Sequence record: SRR20825006_1719
Length of the DNA: 62,366 nt
Strand: one strand, 5' to 3'
Position numbers and translations under genes: made by a program. The notes under the pieces were generated by a model. It made no database searches. It was not told the DNA's origin and saw nothing but the letters and a program-made list of their open reading frames with translations. The number at the start of each line of letters is the position of its first letter. Position 1 is the stretch's first letter. Below, in pieces: positions 1-12,532 of this stretch.

Positions 1-73
1 CTAACGAGGGAAGTTTTAAAACTTGAGAAGAGGGATTAAATTATAATAGTCTAACATATAAAAGTGACTCATT

Positions 74-111
74 AAAAAAAAGCCCCATTATCGAAGTGAT
101 AATAGGGCTTT
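74..111 (-). terminator. Intrinsic terminator hairpin downstream of the AKR operon; related to the hairpin at 19640-19675
   Basis: AAAGCCCCATTATC-GAAGT-GATAATAGGGCTTT inverted repeat preceded by A8 (U-tract on minus strand), 50 nt after the 162..1007 stop. Confidence 0.85.
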
Positions 112-161
112 CAGTTTTTACAACCATTATTGGGCTGAATTAAATCATTTGAAGGTATATG

Positions 162-1007
162 TTACTCAATCATCGTTGAGAACCACTTGATGATCTCCGG
201 ATCTCTGTGACTAAAAAATAAACTTTTATTAGTATCTAAGGATTCAATCTGTTGAATATCATCTGCAGAAAGTTCGAAATCAAAAACATCAAAGTTTTCT
301 TTAATTCGATCTTCATTCACTGATTTTGGAATCACCACAATATTCTTTTCTAACATAAAACGTAAAGCCACCTGCGCTACACTTTTTTGATATTTATTAC
401 CTATAGCTTGTAAAACCTCATTGGTAAAAAAATCATTTTTCCCTTCGGCGTAGGGTGCCCAAGATTCGTGAACAATGTCCTCGTCATTTAAAAACTTATG
501 ATCTTCTTTACGCTGATAGAAAACGTGGGTTTCTATTTGATTAACTGCCGGCTTAATGGTGTTATTTACGATAAGGTCCATCACACGATCCGGGTGAAAA
601 TTACTCACACCTAAGGCTTTTAATTTTCCGGCTTCATACGCTTCTTCCATAGCTCTCCAAGAACCATATACATCTCCATAAGGTTGATGAATTAGATAAA
701 GGTCTACATATGAAGTGCCTAATTTAGTTAAAGATGTCTCAATCGCCTTTTGAGTATTTTCATAACCATTATCTGCAATCCATAATTTAGTAGTTATAAA
801 AAACTCTTCACGAGGAATGCCGCTTTCTTTAATTGCTGCACCTACGGCAACTTCGTTTTGATATGCCGATGCTGTATCAATACTACGATAACCCGCTTTG
901 ATGGCTTTTAAAACACTTTCTTTACACGTATCGTGATCAGGAATTTGATAAACACCAAAGCCTAAAACAGGCATTTCGGTTCCATTATTTAGGGGTATAT
1001 ACTTCAT
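162..1007 (-). CDS. Aldo/keto reductase, 2,5-diketo-D-gluconate reductase (AKR5/DkgA)-like
   Basis: MPVLGFGVYQ, IDTASAYQNE, TTKLW, DLYLIHQP, GVSNF, NQIE, IPKS motifs. Confidence 0.92.
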   Translation of the reverse strand: MKYIPLNNGTEMPVLGFGVYQIPDHDTCKESVLKAIKAGYRSIDTASAYQNEVAVGAAIKESGIPREEFFITTKLWIADNGYENTQKAIETSLTKLGTSYVDLYLIHQPYGDVYGSWRAMEEAYEAGKLKALGVSNFHPDRVMDLIVNNTIKPAVNQIETHVFYQRKEDHKFLNDEDIVHESWAPYAEGKNDFFTNEVLQAIGNKYQKSVAQVALRFMLEKNIVVIPKSVNEDRIKENFDVFDFELSADDIQQIESLDTNKSLFFSHRDPEIIKWFSTMIE

Positions 1008-1198
1008 AATTTTAATTTTTGTTTAATTAGTTTCGGTTAAAGATTCGTTTGCTTTAATAGTTGCTTCAACGCTATCTCGGAAAGTTCGATTTCAGAAGTA
1101 TTGAAGTGAATACTAGTAGCACATCTAGGGCAATCTTAAATTTAATCAGCCTCAACCTTTACTGAGTTCGACTTTCGTTTGTTATTCTTATCTACTGT

Positions 1199-2449
1199 TT
1201 AGTTTTCAGCAGTTACTTCGTTTAAAGCTCCTAAAGCATTTAAAGATCTGGGGTAACCTATATAAGGTACGAGCTGTGTAACCACTCCAACTAGTACTTC
1301 GCGATCATTACCTACATTTAAATTTCCTTGTATATGACCTTTTACTTGAGAAGTTGTTCCGCCCATACTTATAAGCATAGAAAAGGTAAGTAACTCTCTG
1401 GTCTTCATATCAAAACCCTTACGTGTATAATAATCTCCAAAACAATTAGCCGCTAAAAACTCTTGAAAATGCTTTTGATCTGCCGGTGCATTTGCACGAT
1501 TTTGACTTATGCGTTCTCCAAAGGTAGCCTTCATCAATTCAAGACCTTTTTCTTCTCGATTTGCTTCGGTTACCGTGGCTTGTGGCTCAAGAGGAAGCGT
1601 AATATTATGTTGTTTAAAGAGATCGTTAGTAGCGTAAATAAAATCTACAACTTTAGCCATTCCTACATAAGGTACTGCTTGATATACTACCTCTTTTATC
1701 TCTTCAGGCGTAATACCTATTTGTAAAGCCGCATCTACAAATAACTTATATTGAGTTAAACTTTGCGAAGCAATTGAAGATGCCAGAGTAGTCAACACCC
1801 TCGTTTTGATATCAAGGTCGCTGTTTGAATACGTTTGATCAAAAGCAAAGTTGTCAAAAATCTCGATTAACTCAGGATCAGTGTGTTTTAAATCAAAAGT
1901 AAAGTTGGGCCACAGCGCCTCGTGGTTTTGAATCGCTGCCGGAGATAGCGCGTTATCTACATGCTCAACGGGAGCTTCATAGCTATTATATTCTGTATCT
2001 GTCACCGGCTGATTCCAGATGGTTTCACCTTGATCAAGCTGAGTTACGATAGCTATATGCTGCATTTGACTATAATGTGATCCACCGTGCCAGTGTTTCA
2101 CTTTTGGGGCAATTTTGATTACATCCCCCTCTTTAATAGTTATGATAGGTTTACCTACTTCTTGATAATAACCAATGCCTTTAGTGACCATTAAAATCTG
2201 ACCGGTATCGTGTGAATGCCAATTAGTTCTCGCTTTAGGTTCAAAGGTTACTGTGCCCACCACACTATTATAAACATCATCTGCTGTGACATTCATATTT
2301 ACATAAACAGTACCTGTAAAATGCTCTTTAGGCGCGAGAGTTCCTTTATCTTTAAATGATGTCATAGAATAATTTTTGTCTGTATTTTGCGCCGATACGT
2401 GCTGAAACAACAATGGCAACAGAATCGCTAAATATTTGAAGTAGTTCAC
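1199..2449 (-). CDS. Cupin plus tandem carboxymuconolactone-decarboxylase(CMD/AhpD)-like domain fusion with Sec signal peptide
   Basis: GTG start; hydrophobic leader ending VSA-Q; cupin RTNWHSH...GQIL...KHWHG; two CMD-like repeats (QAVPYVG, QLVPYIGYPRSLNAL). Confidence 0.82.
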   Translation of the reverse strand: MNYFKYLAILLPLLFQHVSAQNTDKNYSMTSFKDKGTLAPKEHFTGTVYVNMNVTADDVYNSVVGTVTFEPKARTNWHSHDTGQILMVTKGIGYYQEVGKPIITIKEGDVIKIAPKVKHWHGGSHYSQMQHIAIVTQLDQGETIWNQPVTDTEYNSYEAPVEHVDNALSPAAIQNHEALWPNFTFDLKHTDPELIEIFDNFAFDQTYSNSDLDIKTRVLTTLASSIASQSLTQYKLFVDAALQIGITPEEIKEVVYQAVPYVGMAKVVDFIYATNDLFKQHNITLPLEPQATVTEANREEKGLELMKATFGERISQNRANAPADQKHFQEFLAANCFGDYYTRKGFDMKTRELLTFSMLISMGGTTSQVKGHIQGNLNVGNDREVLVGVVTQLVPYIGYPRSLNALGALNEVTAEN

Positions 2450-2456
2450 AATGAAA

Positions 2457-3029
2457 TCAATTAGGTCTACTTATTCCTAAGTTTTCATTAGTATGTGTTG
2501 AAGGATTTTCGATTATCGAAATAATAAAAGAAGCTATACTCTTTCTAGAAACTGCTTTCCCAATCTCTGGCTCACCCTTGTGCGTAAGTACGTAATCTAT
2601 CTCTGAGCCACTGGTAAACCAGTCCGGACGCAAAATCGTGTAGGTTAATCCAGAGGCTTCAACCACATCAGCAAGTTCTCTGTAGGATTTAAGTATAGGC
2701 TTTAGCGGTGTTTCATAAATACCTATCGAACTTATTGCCAGCACACGACTCACACCGGTTTCTAACATTGCACCTACGATATTTTCAGCCATTTCTTTAA
2801 GTCTTCCGGCTAGATTGATGTATACAAAATCCTGCCCTTTAACGGCGTTTTTTACATCTGTATAGTTAAGTGCATCCCCATCTATTAGTTTTGCATTTCC
2901 CGGATTACTAATACGTTCCGTATTGCGAGCAAATAGGGTCAACTCGACATCTTCATTGGTTTGAAGGTTATCAATGACCACTTTAGCCAAGCTTCCCGTG
3001 GCTCCTAATATCAATACTTTTCGTTTCAT
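2457..3029 (-). CDS. NAD(P)H-binding atypical SDR/epimerase family protein
   Basis: VLILGATGSLA Rossmann motif, YTILRPDWF, VSRKSIA; start reassigned to ATG 3029, which overlaps the upstream TGA (ATGA). Confidence 0.85.
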   Translation of the reverse strand: MKRKVLILGATGSLAKVVIDNLQTNEDVELTLFARNTERISNPGNAKLIDGDALNYTDVKNAVKGQDFVYINLAGRLKEMAENIVGAMLETGVSRVLAISSIGIYETPLKPILKSYRELADVVEASGLTYTILRPDWFTSGSEIDYVLTHKGEPEIGKAVSRKSIASFIISIIENPSTHTNENLGISRPN

Positions 3030-3640
3030 TTTATTTTTAAATTTTTCAGCCATCGCTCTAAAAGGATGGCAACTTCTTGAGCTCTTTCTTCTTTAATTGC
3101 CAGAAAAACACCTTTCTTCTCATAGCCTCCTTCCACAGAAAATCCTTTTAAAACTGTGGCTCCCTCACTCATTTGCTTTACCGTATCAAAACCACTACCT
3201 ACACCAAAACCTGCATTGGTATTAAACGGAATAATCGTTTTACCTCTCAAATCAGAATTTTTCAAAAAGCCTTTTACAGGTGGAGGTAATTGCATTCCCC
3301 AGGTAGGAAATCCTACAAAAATGGTGTCATACGCTGATAGTTCTACTTTTAAAGGTTTCAGCGGAGGCAGAAAACCAGTTTCATTTTCTTTTTGTACCTG
3401 ATCTACGATTTGCTGATAATTTTCTGGATAGGGCTCTTGTAAGTTCAAGGCTTCTAAATCCCCTCCTACACGTTGCTGAATCATCTGTGCAACCGCTTCG
3501 GTGTTATGAGTTCTACTCAAGTAAACAATCAACTTCTTCGTATTGTCTGTATGGTTTTGAGCTTCTAAACAAGAGCTATTGAAGATTAAGGCTAGAAAAC
3601 TAAAAACCTGAATGATTAATTTTTGAATTTTCTTCATCAC
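3026..3640 (-). CDS. Flavodoxin-like protein with N-terminal signal peptide
   Basis: VYLSRTHNTEAVA phosphate loop, YDTIFVGFPTWG, IIPFNTNAGFG; leader ending LEA-Q. Confidence 0.88.
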   Translation of the reverse strand: MMKKIQKLIIQVFSFLALIFNSSCLEAQNHTDNTKKLIVYLSRTHNTEAVAQMIQQRVGGDLEALNLQEPYPENYQQIVDQVQKENETGFLPPLKPLKVELSAYDTIFVGFPTWGMQLPPPVKGFLKNSDLRGKTIIPFNTNAGFGVGSGFDTVKQMSEGATVLKGFSVEGGYEKKGVFLAIKEERAQEVAILLERWLKNLKIK

Positions 3641-3676
3641 TAACTCTTGTTTTTGAAACTCTTTCTAACCAACACT

Positions 3677-4669
<993 letters not shown>

Positions 4670-4679
4670 TTATCCATCA

Positions 4680-4746
4680 CAAAGGTAGAATCAGAAGCTA
4701 AGTTCAAGCTAACACAATTGAAACAGATAGTTACGATTATCAAACA
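4680..4746 (-). promoter_or_regulatory. Promoter (-7 box TACCTTTG) with 37-bp AraC-type direct-repeat operator
   Basis: caaaggta 4680-4687; TAACACAATTGAAAC-n6-TTACGATTATCAAACA 4710-4746, 29/37 identical to 14192-14228. Confidence 0.75.
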
Positions 4747-4925
4747 TCCATTATTAAATCTTTCTTAAATAAAAAACACAAATCAAACCCCTAAAAATCA
4801 CAATACGCTGATTTAACGACCCTTGAAATCAAAAACGATTTAGATTGCCAAGGCTATATGAATAGATAATTTGATTTAACTTTTTACAGAAATCAAATAG
4901 AAAAAACGTTAACCCCAGTTCTAAT

Positions 4926-4967
4926 AAAAACGCCTCAACCTTGATCGTGCAAGTTTGAGGCGTTTTT
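4926..4967 (-). terminator. Intrinsic terminator
   Basis: AAAAACGCCTCAACCTTG-ATCGTG-CAAGTTTGAGGCGTTTTT inverted repeat about 30 nt after the 4999 stop. Confidence 0.85.
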
Positions 4968-4998
4968 CACTACGCTAAATTTGTAAAAAAGGATGGGA

Positions 4999-6129
<1,131 letters not shown>

Positions 6130-6212
6130 TTATGTCAGTCGATTAAGTATGAATCAAATCATACCGCATAGCGAAAGCATAAAGTTTAGTAATGCTCAAA
6201 AAAAAGCTGATG

Positions 6213-6278
6213 AGTTTGATTCTATCAAGTTCTTGTTTGATTTGTGCTACTTAGAGCAGAAGTAATGGGTTAATTTTA
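6213..6278 (+). promoter_or_regulatory. AraC-type direct-repeat operator and -7-like box upstream of first IorB-like gene
   Basis: 6213-6249 reverse complement TAGCACAAATCAAAC-n6-TTGATAGAATCAAACT; TAATTTTA at 6271-6278. Confidence 0.68.
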
Positions 6279-6303
6279 TAAATCACTTTAATGCTAGGCT
6301 ATT

Positions 6304-8544
6304 ATGAAAAAATTAAAGACCACTATTAACAGACGTGCATTTCTTAAAACTTCTTCCTTGGCTGGAGGAGGCTTGCTTCTTGGTTTCAATTGGTTATTGC
6401 ACGCAGAAGAAAGCGTACTTAAATCAAATGAAGCTTTAATTGAAGAGTGGTCTACCTTAAATAGTTATCTAAAAATCGAAAGCAATGGTAAGGTTACTAT
6501 TATGGCTCCAAATCCTGAATTTGGTCAGAACGTAACCACCTCCTTACCTATGATTATAGCCGAAGAACTCGATGTTGACTGGCAAAACGTTCAGGTGGAA
6601 CAAGCCCCCTACAATACTGAACTCTACACCCGTCAATTTGCCGGAGGAAGTCAATCTGTGCGTCACGGTTGGAATGGTTTACGAACTGCAGGAGCTACTG
6701 CCAGACACATGCTCATTGCTGCAGCTGCTGCTTCTTGGGGAGTTCCGGCTAATGAAATCAAAACCAATAAAAGCGTATTGTCACATCCTAGCGGAAAAAC
6801 TGCCAGCTACGGTGAAATGGCCGCTTTAGCCGCAACACAGACGGTTCCTGAAAAAATTGAACTTAAGGATGTTAAAGACTTTACGATCGTTAGTTCTTCT
6901 AAGCAAAATGTTGAAGTCCCTAAGATTGTTAACGGCTCTGCCATATTTGGACTAGACTATAAAGTGGACAACATGCTTTATGCCATGGCTACGCACCCTC
7001 CCGCGTTTGGTCTTCAGTTAAAGTCTTATGATGACAGTGCAGTGAAAGCTATGCCAGGCATCGTTGACGTTTTTACTATTGACACGTATAAAGAAGATTA
7101 TGAGCAAAGCATCTTTGACACCGCAACCTTCAAGAAACTCATAATCATTGTTGGTGAATCTACATGGCAGGTAATGCAGGCAAAAAAGAAACTAAATGCC
7201 ACCTGGGAACCTTTTGAAACGTATACCGAAAAGATGAATATGTTTGGTAACAAGAGTGAAAAAGTTATTCCGGCGGGATTGGAAAGCACCGAAGCACACT
7301 ATGCTCAAATGCTGGAAAAAGCTAAGGAACCGGCAACAGTTTTAAGAAAAGACGGCAACCCGGAAGAGGCATTCAAAAATGCAGCTAAAGTAATTGAAAG
7401 CACCTATACCGCTCCCTTTCTTGCTCATAATGCAATGGAACCGCATAACTTTTTTGCAGATGTAACCAGCGAGCGTGCAATTATCGCAGGACCACTTCAA
7501 GCTCCTGAATATATGGAGCCTACCCTATCTGCTCGCTTAGGACTTCCTAAAGAGAAAATAGAGATCAAAATGACACGTATGGGAGGTGGCTTCGGAAGAC
7601 GTGCTTACGGGCACTATATTATTGAAGCAGCAGTGATTTCTCAAAAATTAAAAAGACCGGTAAAACTTATCTATAGTCGAGAAGATGATATGACCTTTGG
7701 CATCTATCGTCCCGCTTATACAGTTACTTTTAAAGCAGCTTTAGATGACAATAATAAGCTCACAGCCTACCACGTTAAAGGCGGTGGTATACCCGAAAAT
7801 CCTGTGTTTGCTAATAGATTTCCTGCTGGTGCAGTAGAACATTACTTAGCTGAAGGTTGGGAGCTCAATTCAAATATCACTATCGGAGCGTTTAGAGCAC
7901 CACGTTCTAATTTTATGGGTGCTTCAGAACAAGCCTTTTTAGACGAAGTAGCTTTAGCTGCTAAGAAAGATCCTATAGATTTCAGATTAGAATTATTTGA
8001 GCGAGCCAGAACAAATCCGGTTGGCAAGGACAATCAATATGACCCCGAACGCTATGCCGGTGTTTTGAAATTGGTAAAAGAAAAATCGGGTTGGAAGGCT
8101 GCAGATGCTCAAGGCACTCGAGGTGTTGCAGCTTATTTTGCTCACAACTCTTATGTTGCCCACGTAGTAGACCTCAGCTTTAAAAATGAAGTGCTGTATG
8201 TAGATAAGGTTATAAGCGCAGTAGACTGCGGTATCGTGATCAATGTGGACGCTGCCAAAAATATGGTAGAGGGCGCTGTGACTGATGGGATTGGTAATGC
8301 TATGTTTGGCGAAATGACTTTTAAAGAGGGTGTGCCTCAAAAAAATAACTTTCATTCTTATCGTATGATCAGAATGAGTGAAGCACCAAAAGATATCGAG
8401 GTACATTTTGTACAAAACGAGGAAGATCCTACCGGTTTAGGAGAGCCTCCGTTCCCTCCTATTTTTGCTGCATTCACTAATGCGTTATCACGTACAAAAA
8501 ACAAGCGCTTTTACAACCAGCCTTATAGCGATCAGCTTAGCTAG
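6304..8544 (+). CDS. iorB: Xanthine-oxidase-family molybdopterin-binding subunit (isoquinoline 1-oxidoreductase beta-like), Tat-exported
   Basis: NRRAFLK Tat motif; EFGQ, AGGSQS, AHNAMEP, MGGGFGRR, FRAP, GLGEPPFPP motifs. Confidence 0.88.
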   Translation: MKKLKTTINRRAFLKTSSLAGGGLLLGFNWLLHAEESVLKSNEALIEEWSTLNSYLKIESNGKVTIMAPNPEFGQNVTTSLPMIIAEELDVDWQNVQVEQAPYNTELYTRQFAGGSQSVRHGWNGLRTAGATARHMLIAAAAASWGVPANEIKTNKSVLSHPSGKTASYGEMAALAATQTVPEKIELKDVKDFTIVSSSKQNVEVPKIVNGSAIFGLDYKVDNMLYAMATHPPAFGLQLKSYDDSAVKAMPGIVDVFTIDTYKEDYEQSIFDTATFKKLIIIVGESTWQVMQAKKKLNATWEPFETYTEKMNMFGNKSEKVIPAGLESTEAHYAQMLEKAKEPATVLRKDGNPEEAFKNAAKVIESTYTAPFLAHNAMEPHNFFADVTSERAIIAGPLQAPEYMEPTLSARLGLPKEKIEIKMTRMGGGFGRRAYGHYIIEAAVISQKLKRPVKLIYSREDDMTFGIYRPAYTVTFKAALDDNNKLTAYHVKGGGIPENPVFANRFPAGAVEHYLAEGWELNSNITIGAFRAPRSNFMGASEQAFLDEVALAAKKDPIDFRLELFERARTNPVGKDNQYDPERYAGVLKLVKEKSGWKAADAQGTRGVAAYFAHNSYVAHVVDLSFKNEVLYVDKVISAVDCGIVINVDAAKNMVEGAVTDGIGNAMFGEMTFKEGVPQKNNFHSYRMIRMSEAPKDIEVHFVQNEEDPTGLGEPPFPPIFAAFTNALSRTKNKRFYNQPYSDQLS

Positions 8545-8595
8545 TTTTAGCTCTTCCCTTAAATTGACTTTATTTATTTTATTTGACTACCCCTA

Positions 8596-9609
8596 ATGAC
8601 TCACGAGTTCAAAAGAATAATAGAGACCGCACATCACTATTATTTAAACAAAATTAATTGTGTATTGGCAAGTGTTGTTGCACTTGATGGTTCTTCTTAC
8701 CGAAAACCCGGAGTGCGCATGCTTATTGCTGAAGATGGAACGATGACCGGAGCTGTAAGTGGCGGTTGTGTGGAAAAGGAAGTGATATTTCAGGCTGCTA
8801 GTGTTTTTAAAACACAGCAGTCAAAAATGATGACCTATGATGGTCGATACAGACTAGGTTGCGAAGGAATTCTGTACATATTACTTGAACCATTAACTAT
8901 CACAACTGATTTACACGACACTATTCAACAGCAATTTAAGGCCAGATCACCCCTATACATTAAAAGTTATTATCGCAAAACCATAGAAGAAGCACCGCTC
9001 GGATTACAAACTCATATATCATTAGATAAGAAAAATTGGTTGTCGTTGTCAAGCAGTTCTGAAAACCATAATAATCCTAAAGAGCTCGCTGAATTTGAGC
9101 ATACGCTTGACCCGCTTTTTCAAGTATTTATTTTTGGAGCCGAACACGACAGTGTACAATTATGCTTGCTTTGCTCATTTATGGGCTGGGAAGTTATTGT
9201 CAATGCTCCACCTAATGATCCCAGAGAACTAAAAGATTTTCCAGGAGCCTCTCAATTGCTTCACTTGAATCCCGAAGAAATCAAACCATTAAAAATTGAT
9301 GCTAACGCAGCGGTTATTTTGATGAATCACAATTATGCAAAGGATTTTAATTTTCTAATACATCTTATGGATCACACTCCCTGTTATATAGGTATATTAG
9401 GCTCCCGTAAAAGAAGAATAAAACTACTTAACGAACTTATTGAAATTAAACCCGAAGTAAGCTACGAATGGGTAGACCGTATACACGGCCCAGCCGGATT
9501 AGATATTGCTGCCATTACACCACAAGAGATCGCTAATGCAATTATTTCAGAAATTCTTGTGGTCACACGTAAACACAAAAAAGCCGCCCAATCATTGAGT
9601 CTGATCTAG
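8596..9609 (+). CDS. xdhC: XdhC/CoxI molybdenum-cofactor insertion accessory protein
   Basis: GSSYRKPG, GAVSGGCVE, LGCEG, YIGILGSRKR, IHGPAGLDI..TPQEIA. Confidence 0.93.
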   Translation: MTHEFKRIIETAHHYYLNKINCVLASVVALDGSSYRKPGVRMLIAEDGTMTGAVSGGCVEKEVIFQAASVFKTQQSKMMTYDGRYRLGCEGILYILLEPLTITTDLHDTIQQQFKARSPLYIKSYYRKTIEEAPLGLQTHISLDKKNWLSLSSSSENHNNPKELAEFEHTLDPLFQVFIFGAEHDSVQLCLLCSFMGWEVIVNAPPNDPRELKDFPGASQLLHLNPEEIKPLKIDANAAVILMNHNYAKDFNFLIHLMDHTPCYIGILGSRKRRIKLLNELIEIKPEVSYEWVDRIHGPAGLDIAAITPQEIANAIISEILVVTRKHKKAAQSLSLI

Positions 9610-9645
9610 CGGCCATTCAATTAAAACTAGCTTCTTACTAAGGCA

Positions 9646-11808
9646 CTAGACTACTACTTCACTTAATTTAAAAGGAAGTTTTCTTATTCTCTGTTTAGTC
9701 AAATCATAAATTGCATTGGTCAATGCCGGTGCAAATGGTGGTAAGCCAGGCTCTCCTACTCCTCCCGCATCTTCTGCATTTTCCATTATAAATACCTCAA
9801 CAGGCGGGATATCTGAAATACGAGGCATTTTATAATCGTAAAAATTATTTTGTTGTGGTAAACCGTCTTTGAATGTAATTTCATGAATTGTTGCTGCTCC
9901 CAATGCCATAACAATTGCTCCTTCTACCTGTGCCTGAATGATATCAGGATTTACGTACCAACCGCAATCAATCACCGCCCAAACTTGGTCTATTTTCACA
10001 CCACCGGTTTCAGCTTTTGACACCTTAACCACTTGACCTACAGTAGTATTAAAACATTCGGTGATCGCTGCTCCTAAACCAAAACCATTTCGCGTAGCAT
10101 TCCAATCAGAAACGGCAATCATACGATCTATGAGTTTTTGCTCGCGTTCTTCCGGTAGATGTTCTTTTCTAAATTGCAAGGGATCTTTACCCGCTTTTAT
10201 AGCCAATTCATCAAAGAAACTCTCAAATGCAAAACCATTAGTGGAAGCATAAACTGAACGCCACCACATTACTGGAATAGGTGTTTGAAAAAGCACGTCT
10301 GAGATGCTCAAATTGGCTATACTTTTATAATACGGTTTGAGTAAACCTTCGGCTGTACTGGTATTAGGCTTATCTACTGAACTAGGGTCACGCCAGATAT
10401 TTCTGTTTTGTCCGGCCATTCGATATTTATAAGCGGCAATCTTACCATCTTTTAACGAGCCTTCAAGTCTATAAGAAATTCCGGGTCTGTACGGTCCCTG
10501 GCGCATATCATCTTCGCGTGTCCAAACCACTTGTACCGGTTTGCCAATTTTTTCAGAAATTACAGTTGCCTCGTACGGATAATCCATAAAGGCTTTTCTT
10601 CCAAAACCACCGCCTAGAAAGGTCATATTTACGATGACATTTTCGCGTGGAATCCCATATTTCTCTGCAAGCGGATCCTGCACCCATTCCGGTGCTTGTA
10701 TAGGACCCCAAACTTCAATCTTATCTCCTTGAAAGTGTGCAACGCAGTTAAGTGGCTCCATCGCACTATGCGACTGATATGGTGTTTGATAAACAACATT
10801 AAGCTTTTCAGGATCTTGAGCGATCACATCAGTACTGTTTCCTTGAATATGAAAAGCCTTACCTTCATCATTTTGCAGTACAGCTTCTTGATCCTCAAAT
10901 ATTTTATCAATATTAACGTGCTCAAAACCGGTATCATCCCATTCAACTTTAAGCTTTTTTCTGCCTTCCAAGGCTGCATATGTAGTATCTGCAATTACAG
11001 CAACCCCTTCTCTCATGGTTTTAAAAACCAGCATTTCAACCTTAAAAACATCTTGTACTCCGGGTACTTTTCGTGTTTCTGAATCGTCAAAACTCACCAG
11101 TTTACCTCTAAGTCTGGGATTACGCTCAACAGTAGCATAGACCATCCCGGGTACGCGCTTGTCTAAACCAAAAACAGCGGCTCCGTTTGTTTTTAACGGA
11201 GTATCCTTTCTTTTTAAAGGTTGGCGTATGAGTTTATACCCACTTACATCTTTAAGCTCCACTTCTTGCGGTACCGGTAAGGTAACGGCAACCTCAACCA
11301 AGTCGCCATAATGCAGTTTCTCTCCGGTGGTTTTATGTATCACATAATTCTTCTCCGCGTAACATTCAGTGGCTGAAACATTCCATTTTTGAGCAGCTGC
11401 ACTTACAAGCATCATACGTGCTGATGCACTTAGATTAAGTAGCTTTTTGTAAGAACCTCGTATTGTAGAACTTCCTCCAGTGATCTGACTGCCGTATTTC
11501 TCGCGATTTCCTTGTGCAAAAACAACCTCAACCGTGTCAAGATCTGCTTCTAACTCTTCTGCCAAAATCTGAGCTACAGATTGAAAAGATCCTTGTCCCA
11601 TTTCGGCACGGTGACATGTCATCGTTATTTTTCCTGAAGTGCTTATCGTCACCCAAGCAAACAACGCTATATCTTTCTCTTCTGTTTCTTCTAACATTGC
11701 AGCGGTAGCGCTCCCGGGATAAATACCTAAACAGAGTGCCGTACCTCCTAAACCGATTCCCTTAAAAAAGGTTCTTCTAGAAATCGTATTTGTTATCGTT
11801 TTTGACAT
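9646..11808 (-). CDS. iorB: Second IorB-like molybdopterin-binding subunit, Tat-exported
   Basis: SRRTFFK Tat motif; EMGQG, TGGSST, HSAMEP, LGGGFGRK, WWRSV, GVGEPGLPP. Confidence 0.88.
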   Translation of the reverse strand: MSKTITNTISRRTFFKGIGLGGTALCLGIYPGSATAAMLEETEEKDIALFAWVTISTSGKITMTCHRAEMGQGSFQSVAQILAEELEADLDTVEVVFAQGNREKYGSQITGGSSTIRGSYKKLLNLSASARMMLVSAAAQKWNVSATECYAEKNYVIHKTTGEKLHYGDLVEVAVTLPVPQEVELKDVSGYKLIRQPLKRKDTPLKTNGAAVFGLDKRVPGMVYATVERNPRLRGKLVSFDDSETRKVPGVQDVFKVEMLVFKTMREGVAVIADTTYAALEGRKKLKVEWDDTGFEHVNIDKIFEDQEAVLQNDEGKAFHIQGNSTDVIAQDPEKLNVVYQTPYQSHSAMEPLNCVAHFQGDKIEVWGPIQAPEWVQDPLAEKYGIPRENVIVNMTFLGGGFGRKAFMDYPYEATVISEKIGKPVQVVWTREDDMRQGPYRPGISYRLEGSLKDGKIAAYKYRMAGQNRNIWRDPSSVDKPNTSTAEGLLKPYYKSIANLSISDVLFQTPIPVMWWRSVYASTNGFAFESFFDELAIKAGKDPLQFRKEHLPEEREQKLIDRMIAVSDWNATRNGFGLGAAITECFNTTVGQVVKVSKAETGGVKIDQVWAVIDCGWYVNPDIIQAQVEGAIVMALGAATIHEITFKDGLPQQNNFYDYKMPRISDIPPVEVFIMENAEDAGGVGEPGLPPFAPALTNAIYDLTKQRIRKLPFKLSEVVV

Positions 11809-11833
11809 AGCAATAATTTAATTTTAACAGACT

Positions 11834-12493
11834 TTAGTCGGTTTCATCAGGAGCATACGCCCCATTTTCTATCCAGGTAATCCAAGCTTCTTTAAACTCC
11901 TCGTGACTCATAGGAGGTAGCTCAAGACCTTCAGCGGGTTTCCATCCTGCTTTTACCAGAGTATCTTCGGCGTGCTCAATAAGATCAGCCATACTCTTAT
12001 TTCCATTTTTAGTTTTGTCTACTAATTGAAGTGCTAATTCTCGTGCTGATTTCCCTTCAAAAACCATTTTCATATCAGCGGGAGGCAAATGCCATAATGG
12101 ATTTCCCGGAGGCCTGTGTGGTCCTGGTGTATTCTCATTCTGGTGGCAGTTAGCACATTTCATAGCATATAATCCTTTGCCATCTTCTCCTCTACGAGGA
12201 GCCATTGTATGCGGGTGACTATCTTCTCCCTGCAATGGTATATCTCCTGCAGGATGACAGTTCATACAACGTGGATGCATAAGTACTGTATATACCTTTT
12301 TAAAAGCTTCTTTAGATTTGGTGCTGTCTTGCTCTGAAGTATTTACCAGTAACGCGTAAGTTGTATCATCATTATTATAGCGCCCTCTAAGACTAAGGGT
12401 CACAAACACCACTAGTATGAGCAGGGCTATCACAAGTGGCTTTACAGCGTACTGCGAGCGCCGATTTTTATCTGGGTTAAAATTGTTTTTCAT
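11834..12493 (-). CDS. Membrane-anchored di-haem c-type cytochrome associated with IorAB
   Basis: N-terminal hydrophobic segment; two CxxCH motifs (CMNCH, CANCH); lies between iorA- and iorB-like genes. Confidence 0.8.
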   Translation of the reverse strand: MKNNFNPDKNRRSQYAVKPLVIALLILVVFVTLSLRGRYNNDDTTYALLVNTSEQDSTKSKEAFKKVYTVLMHPRCMNCHPAGDIPLQGEDSHPHTMAPRRGEDGKGLYAMKCANCHQNENTPGPHRPPGNPLWHLPPADMKMVFEGKSARELALQLVDKTKNGNKSMADLIEHAEDTLVKAGWKPAEGLELPPMSHEEFKEAWITWIENGAYAPDETD

Positions 12494-12532
12494 CGGGAAT
12501 GGTATTGACCTAGCAATAAACTAGGTTATGTG

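Noticed and set aside
1008-1198. 190-nt gap inside the AKR operon as possible riboswitch or sRNA
   Set aside because: Only weak short inverted repeats, no known aptamer consensus recognised
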